Part shown: in pieces, positions 1 through 5,736 of the stretch
How the letters are laid out: every line of letters begins with the position of its first letter
Position numbering within the stretch: position 1 is the stretch's first letter
Source of the DNA: Methanobacteriota archaeon
GTDB taxonomy: Archaea; Thermoplasmatota; Poseidoniia; Poseidoniales; Poseidoniaceae
NCBI GenBank assembly: GCA_011522915.1
Contig: WTIA01000154.1
Coordinates: 1-27,641 of the forward strand
Reading direction: 5' to 3'
Length of the DNA stretch: 27,641 bases
The notes under the pieces: model-generated
What the model was told of the DNA's origin: nothing
Seen by the model: only the letters and a program-made list of their open reading frames with translations
Database searches by the model: none
Made by a program: the position numbers and the translations under genes

Positions 1-840
1 TCCATCGTCTGTAATCTTCAAGGATAATGTGAAATTATCTGGTGGGAAAACTAAATCTTGGTCCAACTCCAGTACGGCCTCATAGGCCATGATTCTTACT
101 CCTTCGCCAGGGGTCATGTTATCGGACCATGTCTCTCCTTGAGCAAGGTAATCATCGTAGTCCCATTCAAGTGTATTTTGAATCCAACTGACCTTGAATT
201 TACGTGTTTGAACTTCAATTGTAAATTGTTCTGAGGCTATGCCTCCCTCACCGTCATCAACTGTCACAGAACCAAGAATTGTACCGCTTCTATCTGTGGG
301 TAAGTAAACCAACTCTTCTGTAGAATCTACATCATTTCTGGTATCGCCGTCTCCATTGCTATCCTCGAGGAAATTCAAGTCCCACATGAATTTCATCGGC
401 CCGCCCTCAGGGTCAATGGTGCCTGTTGCGTCAAGCAAAGCGATGTCTCCGCTTCGTACAACCTCTGGAATTGAAAGATTGATTTGTGGTGCTCCGTTAA
501 CCCTAACCAAAACCGAGGTTGAGTCCGTTCCTCCGCCGTCATTTGTAACAGTCAACTCGACATTGAATTGGCCAGACTGTACGAATTGGTGCGATGTGAA
601 GCCCGCGATTGTGGTTGACTGAGTTCCATCTCCAAAGTCCCAAGCGTATTCTGTAATTACTCCCTCTATGGCGTCTGATGCTCTTGCATCAAATGTGACC
701 TCTTCTCCTTGTTGAATTTCAGTGGGGGTTGCTGTAAGCGCAGCCCGAGGGTCGGTTGTTGTGTCTAAAACAGCAGTACAACCAGCGAGTAGTTGCGCAC
801 ACAAAAGGGCGCACAAAAATAGCCCTTTCTTGCTGTTCAT
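1..840 (-). CDS. Secreted PKD-domain lipoprotein; partial, the C-terminus lies beyond the left window edge
   Basis: This gene is absent from the ORF track because it runs off the window. My translation of the minus strand from the ATG at 840-838 stays open for all 280 codons down to position 1. It begins MNSKKGLFLCALLCAQLLAGCTAVLD, a signal peptide with lipobox L-A-G-C. A PKD-type repeat with the hallmark WDFGDG follows (ITEYAWDFGDGTQS...ELTVTNDGGGTDS), then a second PKD-like repeat (KFMWDLN...VTVDDGEGG). Confidence 0.85.
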   Translation of the reverse strand, partial: MNSKKGLFLCALLCAQLLAGCTAVLDTTTDPRAALTATPTEIQQGEEVTFDARASDAIEGVITEYAWDFGDGTQSTTIAGFTSHQFVQSGQFNVELTVTNDGGGTDSTSVLVRVNGAPQINLSIPEVVRSGDIALLDATGTIDPEGGPMKFMWDLNFLEDSNGDGDTRNDVDSTEELVYLPTDRSGTILGSVTVDDGEGGIASEQFTIEVQTRKFKVSWIQNTLEWDYDDYLAQGETWSDNMTPGEGVRIMAYEAVLELDQDLVFPPDNFTLSLKITDDG

Positions 841-885
841 GATTTGCGCTAGAGCGCCACTTATCTAACTCTGTCCCCTATATGG

Positions 886-1227
886 CTAATTTTTGTTAGA
901 TTCGAAACTGACTTCTGTAGGTAAATCTCCAATGATTTTCGCATCCTTCAGTAAATCATCATATTCAGATTCTTCAACCGTGTTTAGTTCATAATTTGAA
1001 TTCATTTCATCCTCGAGAAGGTCTTCTGCCTCAACTTCACCTGTATCATATTCAGGGGTTGCTTCAATAATTTCAGGTTCTACTAGGCTCTCATCCAATG
1101 CCTCGAATACTGATTTTGTTTCCTCCAAAAGAGCCTCTTTATCCAATTCAGGTAATTCAATTACTTCTACGGGATCTGATTCTACGACTTCTTCTGGTTT
1201 TTTCTTGAACCAATCCCGAATACCCAT
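886..1227 (-). CDS. Hypothetical highly acidic protein (113 aa)
   Basis: ATG-initiated ORF lying 45 nt upstream of the PKD lipoprotein gene on the same strand. It has a short basic N-terminus (MGIRDWFKKKPEE) followed by an extremely Glu/Asp-rich, low-complexity sequence. I recognise no family. Confidence 0.55.
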   Translation of the reverse strand: MGIRDWFKKKPEEVVESDPVEVIELPELDKEALLEETKSVFEALDESLVEPEIIEATPEYDTGEVEAEDLLEDEMNSNYELNTVEESEYDDLLKDAKIIGDLPTEVSFESNKN

Positions 1228-1242
1228 AAATTTGGCTCATGG

Positions 1243-1250
1243 TATAAATG
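1243..1250 (+). promoter_or_regulatory. TATA-like box (TATAAATG; reverse complement contains TTTATA) in a divergent intergenic region
   Basis: This is the only AT-rich octamer in the 74-nt spacer between the divergent starts at 1227 (-) and 1302 (+). If used on the + strand it predicts a transcription start near 1273. That would exclude the TTG at 1260 and favour the ATG at 1302 as the exonuclease start. Confidence 0.25.
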
Positions 1251-1301
1251 AAATAGAAATTGTGTAGTGATGTTCATTTGATTCGGCTGCTAGCACAGAC
1301 C

Positions 1302-2129
1302 ATGGTCGACGTGCTCGAAGGTCATAGAGTGCTCGCTTTCGATTTAGAGACCACTGGAATTTCAACAAATAGCGACAAAATTGTCCAGATTGCCCTAGTT
1401 GGCGCTGATGTGGATGGCAGCCCGATTCATTACGAGGTTTTAGTGAACCCACAAAGACCAATTCCGCACGGAGCTTCTAACGTTCACGGCATCTATGATT
1501 CTGATGTTCGCTCTAAACCGAATTTCAATCACTATGCCAATGAGATTACTGAACTGATGGAAGGTGCCGTAATCGTCGGGCACAACGCAAGGAAATTTGA
1601 CATGCCTCTGCTTGAAAATGAATTTTTCCGGTGTGGTATTTCACCACCTAAACCTACTGTAGTGTTGGACACATTAGAAACCGTTAGACGTCTAAAAATT
1701 CCAAGACCCCACAACTTGGGTGCTCAATGCGCAAGACACGGAATTGATCTATCAAATGCCCACGATGCTGCTGCGGATGCTGCTGCGAGTTTACTACTAC
1801 TTTGGAAGCTGATGAGGGACCATCCGTCTAGTTTCAGACGCTCTCTGAAAGAGATTGAGCAGTGGTTGATCTCGGGCGATGTAAGAAGTGATGAAAGTGA
1901 ATTAGGTCGAGCGCTTTCTGATCTTAATTCTCTTGACAGTAACGGGAGAATCAAAATTGACGAAGGTGTGTATATTGTCGCTTTTGGAAGGCACAGAGGT
2001 AAGGATATTCAAACGATAGAAAGGGAAGACCCTGGTTACAATGACTGGCTAACTTCGCCAAATGGTGTCGAGGATGATTCGGCAAGAGAGATTTTGAGAG
2101 AATTCATTCTAAGCATCCGGAATGGGTGA
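1302..2129 (+). CDS. DEDDh 3'-5' exonuclease (DnaQ/ExoX-like) with an ExoX-like C-terminal domain
   Basis: All three exonuclease motifs are present: Exo I VLAFDLETTG, Exo II VGHNARKFDMPLL, Exo III NAHDAAADAAAS (H-x4-D, the DEDDh type). The C-terminal FGRHRGKDIQTIEREDPGYNDWL matches the FGKHKG...YL.WL pattern of ExoX-like/DUF3820-type tails. The track ORF begins at a TTG (1260). I prefer the first ATG (1302), which gives MVDVLEGHRVLAFDLETTG. Confidence 0.9.
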   Translation: MVDVLEGHRVLAFDLETTGISTNSDKIVQIALVGADVDGSPIHYEVLVNPQRPIPHGASNVHGIYDSDVRSKPNFNHYANEITELMEGAVIVGHNARKFDMPLLENEFFRCGISPPKPTVVLDTLETVRRLKIPRPHNLGAQCARHGIDLSNAHDAAADAAASLLLLWKLMRDHPSSFRRSLKEIEQWLISGDVRSDESELGRALSDLNSLDSNGRIKIDEGVYIVAFGRHRGKDIQTIEREDPGYNDWLTSPNGVEDDSAREILREFILSIRNG

Positions 2130-3254
2130 CCAAGCCAAAACATCACACCAGTGGCCTACTCTCCAAGTTTCACGATTTGTCATAGCGCTGCCTATGAATA
2201 TCGGGCCTTGGTGTCCTGTTGCAAGTAATTCTTGCAAGGCTTCCTTACCCCTGCCATCAAAATTTATTGGGACTTGTATTCCAGTTGGCATTGCCCTTCC
2301 CTCAACATTTGCAGGCTCGCATATTTCTGCTATTCCTGAACCGTTTACGTCATCGAAATGATGCAGTAGTATTACTGAATCTGAAAAGTCTTCAGAGCCC
2401 AATGTTCCATTTTCCAAACGCCAATTCCACCAATGTGGGCACCATGCTTTCCAATCGCAAAAACCGCCACAGGATGATTGACCAGGTGTGGCTTCGAGTG
2501 GAGTTTCACTTGGTTGAGTTGCTTGCCACGCTTTTAGTGCGTCCTCCATAACAGAATCTCCGCTTGCCGTGTAGCGAGTTGCATTTTCAGTGTACCAACC
2601 TTCTGTCTTTACTGGAGGAGCGTTTGGATTGTTTGAAAGAAGAATATCTCTGTAGAGTAATAGTTGTCTTTCGACTTCTGGTTTCAACTTTGATTGAGGA
2701 GCTCTCCCCGTTTTCAGGTCGGCGACTATCCATCCACGCAACTCGCCGTTGTCATCAACATCAGCAAACAACATGTCTAACCGGCCCATTAGGCGATTAT
2801 CGCTTGTGCGCAATTCTCCTTCAACGGCGATTACTCTAGAAAGTAAATTCCTCCAAATTCCAACGGTTGTTTTTAGAGGCGTTACACTTGATGCCCCTAC
2901 TAACTCAAGTAGCATCTTTATTGCACCTCTCTGCATTTTCTTTGCCTTATCCCATTCTTTTTCCTTCCACATTGGCCTTCTTGGAGTAGAATGGAAAATC
3001 TCCTTTTCTTCTTCCCATCTCTGTTTGAGAAACTTTTCAGCCATATCTGGAAGCCAATGTGTCTCTTCTGCGTTTTTTCCAGATAAATCAATTTGCAAAA
3101 GGTCCTCTATTGACGCGTGAACTGCAGTACCTAGACTCGCAGCCATGCCCGCTTTCCTGGGTAACCGCTGACGGCTTAGCCAGTACATTCTCGGACATGT
3201 CTCAAATCGATTCCATGCCGAAGGCGAAAGTGTGTGCTGCCTGTCCTCGCCCAT
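2109..3254 (-). CDS. PD-(D/E)XK nuclease of the RecB/AddB/Cas4 type with a 4-Cys (Fe-S) signature and an extra uncharacterised C-terminal domain
   Basis: The motifs occur in canonical order: N-terminal Cys (SPSAWNRFETCPRMYWL), GTAVHASIE, GRLDMLF (motif II Asp), IVADLKTGR (D-x-K), QLLLYRDIL (QxxxY), and the C-terminal Cys triad CGGFCDWKAWC. About 110 further residues (NWRLENG...WSPIPDA) match nothing I recognise. The track start at 3305 is a TTG. I use the ATG at 3254 (MGEDRQH...). Confidence 0.85.
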   Translation of the reverse strand: MGEDRQHTLSPSAWNRFETCPRMYWLSRQRLPRKAGMAASLGTAVHASIEDLLQIDLSGKNAEETHWLPDMAEKFLKQRWEEEKEIFHSTPRRPMWKEKEWDKAKKMQRGAIKMLLELVGASSVTPLKTTVGIWRNLLSRVIAVEGELRTSDNRLMGRLDMLFADVDDNGELRGWIVADLKTGRAPQSKLKPEVERQLLLYRDILLSNNPNAPPVKTEGWYTENATRYTASGDSVMEDALKAWQATQPSETPLEATPGQSSCGGFCDWKAWCPHWWNWRLENGTLGSEDFSDSVILLHHFDDVNGSGIAEICEPANVEGRAMPTGIQVPINFDGRGKEALQELLATGHQGPIFIGSAMTNRETWRVGHWCDVLAWSPIPDA

Positions 3255-3318
3255 GACAGGCCTTGGCCGTAACTCCTTCAAATTGCTTGGGATTCGCTTG
3301 AACAAATTAGGGGGCGAG

Positions 3319-3326
3319 ATTATACA
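3319..3326. promoter_or_regulatory. TATA-like box (ATTATACA / TGTATAAT) between divergent genes
   Basis: It lies 24-31 nt upstream of the ATG at 3350, which predicts a leaderless or near-leaderless transcript for the PAC2 gene. In the opposite orientation it could also serve the nuclease gene, whose ATG is at 3254. Confidence 0.3.
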
Positions 3327-3349
3327 CGAGGAGGTGTGTCCCGCTTAAT

Positions 3350-4150
3350 ATGGAAGAAGCAAAAGTTTGGCTCGACAAAAGCGTTGACCTCGAAGATGCG
3401 CTCGTAGTCTGTTGTTTTCCCAGCGTAGGTATGGTTTCCAGCGTGGTTGCGCATTTCTTGATTGATCACTTAAAATTAGAATACGTTGGAGGGGTTGCAC
3501 ATCCAAAATTACCAGCGATTTGTTTAGTCCAAGATGGTGTTCCGCTTCCCCCAATTCGCGCTTATGCAGGTGAGCCAATTTGCAAAATTGAAGGTGTTTG
3601 CGACAAGGTTTTGCTTTTGATGAGTGAAATGATTGTTCCAGACCCTTTGGTTCACGAGATTGTTAGTTCCCTATTCGTATGGTCAAAGGAACAAAATGCA
3701 GCAGTTGGCGTGCTAATCGATGCTTTCGCCCGTAAAGGAATGAAGGGCGGGCTCAATGGAAATGAGCCATTGGTCGAATATGAGGATACTGAAGAAGTCG
3801 ATATTCTAGGTGTGGCAAGTACCCCAAAAATGGCTGAACTACTCAAAGAAATGGATATTCAGTTACTAGAACAAGGTGTGATTAAAGGGATGACTGGTGC
3901 CTTACTCAGTGAAGGAGCAAGCCGTGGAAGAAATATCATCAGCATCATGGTGGAAGCTGATCCTAGATTCCCAGATGCAAGAGCCGCAGCAGTTATCATC
4001 GAGCAACTGAATAAAATGATGCCAGTTGCAGATTTGGACCACGAGCCTCTGCTAGCGGAAGCTCAACAATTGGAAGAACAGATAAGAAGCATGATGGAAG
4101 GAGCAGATGACAGCCCATCGCCGTCTTCAACTTCGATGCTGTACGGTTGA
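3350..4150 (+). CDS. PAC2-family proteasome assembly chaperone / PbaB-like proteasome activator
   Basis: The N-terminal region ALVVCCFPSVGMVSSVVAHFLIDHL is typical of the PAC2/COG1938 family, often mis-annotated as 'ATP-grasp superfamily'. Length is 266 aa. The C-terminus is acidic or disordered and ends ...SMLYG, which is a hydrophobic-Tyr-X (HbYX) tripeptide. Confidence 0.8.
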   Translation: MEEAKVWLDKSVDLEDALVVCCFPSVGMVSSVVAHFLIDHLKLEYVGGVAHPKLPAICLVQDGVPLPPIRAYAGEPICKIEGVCDKVLLLMSEMIVPDPLVHEIVSSLFVWSKEQNAAVGVLIDAFARKGMKGGLNGNEPLVEYEDTEEVDILGVASTPKMAELLKEMDIQLLEQGVIKGMTGALLSEGASRGRNIISIMVEADPRFPDARAAAVIIEQLNKMMPVADLDHEPLLAEAQQLEEQIRSMMEGADDSPSPSSTSMLYG

Positions 4151-4636
4151 TTTTCCAACTATAGCAAGTCCAAGAATCATTATTGCAATACTAGCCCAAA
4201 CTGGGAATAGCAGTACTGTTTCTTTCGGGATGAAAAGCAAAAGCGTCTCTCCTCTAGAGTATTCTCCGCCAATACCGGCTGTTGTTAACATCAATGCAAC
4301 TGAAACCATTCCAATGCTAGAGTGTCTCAAATCAACACTAGCGCCCCACTTCTTACGAAGTAAGACTCCGACCGCAAGGCCAGCTGAAGTCATGGATAGA
4401 AGCATCTTATTCGCTAGCATTGGATTGTCAATGCCTTCACCACTAACCGAATTTACGCCGCTAATAATTGCAAGAGGCGTAGCGATGAGTCCCCCTAGAA
4501 GTGCCCAGTGGGCTACGGCTTCGCGCGATTCCGGGCCTTTTTGCAGGGCGCACAAGAGAAATGCTATTCCAGCTAAAGCAAACATTCCAACTGTCAATTC
4601 TGTTGAAATTACGTGGAATGTACCGGCAGATATCAT
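4127..4636 (-). CDS. Integral membrane protein, about 5 TM helices (tentatively DUF2231-like)
   Basis: Hydrophobic segments are FALAGIAFLLCAL, WALLGGLIATPLAIISGV, MLLSMTSAGLAVGVLL, IGMVSVALMLTTAGIGG and LLFPVWASIAIMILGLAIVG. Its start overlaps the stop of the upstream 367-aa gene by 4 nt (4633-4636). The longer + strand ORF 4107-4769 is its antisense shadow. Confidence 0.7.
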   Translation of the reverse strand: MISAGTFHVISTELTVGMFALAGIAFLLCALQKGPESREAVAHWALLGGLIATPLAIISGVNSVSGEGIDNPMLANKMLLSMTSAGLAVGVLLRKKWGASVDLRHSSIGMVSVALMLTTAGIGGEYSRGETLLLFIPKETVLLFPVWASIAIMILGLAIVGKSTVQHRS

Positions 4637-5736
4637 AGATGACCCCCCGTTTGACTATCTCCTGAATACTCATGGCCGTAATACTCCCATTGTTCCATGG
4701 TCCACCCAGGAGGCAACCCTCCTGCGGGCAGCGGAGGTGGGGACGTCTCTTGGCTTGGTGATTCGATGATAGGTTGTTGGATTTGTCCGAATTGGGAATT
4801 AACCTCAGATGTATTATCATACTTATTTTCCACAGAATCAGATGAATTTGGCCTTCGTACCAAGACTAGCCCAACACACAAAATGAATAGTGCAAACGCT
4901 TGTATGTACAATGCAAATTCATCAACTTCCCAACCTGGTTCAACTGCATTTAATCTAAACCAAGGAGAGGTTTGAGTGGGCCCCTCCCCTTCTAGAATTA
5001 CTCTCCATTGAACCGTACCTGGGTTTACTGCGGCAGGGATTGTGAACTTGTCATCTATCACTGGTATTGTGATGATTTCCCCTCCACTCTGTAATTCTAC
5101 AGTGGCTGTATCGGTGTTTACTGTTTGTAGTGTGATTTCTGTTTCTTCGCCGAGGCCACGACTGTTGACAGGCTCCCAATCTTCTGACAGTCTTGGCAAG
5201 TTTTCAGGCACCTCACTTATCGTAATCGGTTTTGAGTCAGAAATTCCAGTCATCGCAATGCCTCCACCAGGAGAGCCATGTTGAATTGCTAGGTAGAGGG
5301 AGTATTGCCCGGGGTTTGATGGTGCTCTTAGTGTCCAAGTTTGTGTGACCATACTTTCAATGGTAAATGCGTCTACAATTTCGACATAATTATTCGTCCC
5401 GCCGTTAGGATCGGTAACGATTTCCCAACCATCATTTGCTGGTAAGTCCTTAGCTCCATCCGAGTTAACTAGCAGTGTAAGCCCTACCATGTTGTTGGAA
5501 CTTACTTCAGCAAAACTAACTGAAGTTGTTACCTCTGTTAGCAGGCCTGCATAAACCTCGTTGTGATACTGAATATCTAATTCAGCACCTGAGGACCCAT
5601 TAGTAGACGAAGAACCGTGACAAGATCCTGCGCAATCTCTAGATCGAACCGAATCCCCTTTCCCTCCTGGATTAGCAGTAGAGATTGTTGTTGACAGTAT
5701 CATCAATAGCAATACAATTGCTACCTTGAATCTCAT
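4633..5736 (-). CDS. Secreted single-pass membrane protein with an N-terminal Cys-x3-Cys-His domain, paralogous to the upstream gene, and a Pro/Trp/Tyr-rich cytoplasmic tail
   Basis: The signal peptide is MRFKVAIVLLLMILSTTISTA. RDCAGSCHG follows at aa 35-40, then a beta-rich ectodomain, a TM helix FALYIQAFALFILCVGLVLV (about aa 274-293), and the tail ...SPPPLPAGGLPPGWTMEQWEYYGHEY. Its start abuts the stop of the 809-aa gene with no spacer. Confidence 0.85.
   Translation of the reverse strand: MRFKVAIVLLLMILSTTISTANPGGKGDSVRSRDCAGSCHGSSSTNGSSGAELDIQYHNEVYAGLLTEVTTSVSFAEVSSNNMVGLTLLVNSDGAKDLPANDGWEIVTDPNGGTNNYVEIVDAFTIESMVTQTWTLRAPSNPGQYSLYLAIQHGSPGGGIAMTGISDSKPITISEVPENLPRLSEDWEPVNSRGLGEETEITLQTVNTDTATVELQSGGEIITIPVIDDKFTIPAAVNPGTVQWRVILEGEGPTQTSPWFRLNAVEPGWEVDEFALYIQAFALFILCVGLVLVRRPNSSDSVENKYDNTSEVNSQFGQIQQPIIESPSQETSPPPLPAGGLPPGWTMEQWEYYGHEYSGDSQTGGHL

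Noticed and set aside
2122-3256. Series of + strand ORFs (2122-2361, 2219-2551, 2564-2839, 2749-3120, 3059-3256)
   Set aside because: They are fragmented, mutually overlapping and motif-less. All lie antisense to the well-supported PD-(D/E)XK nuclease gene.
4107-4769. 220-aa ORF on the + strand
   Set aside because: It is antisense to two better-supported minus-strand genes, the multi-TM protein at 4127-4636 and the 3' end of the 367-aa gene. Its product has no motifs and would overlap the PAC2 gene's 3' end.
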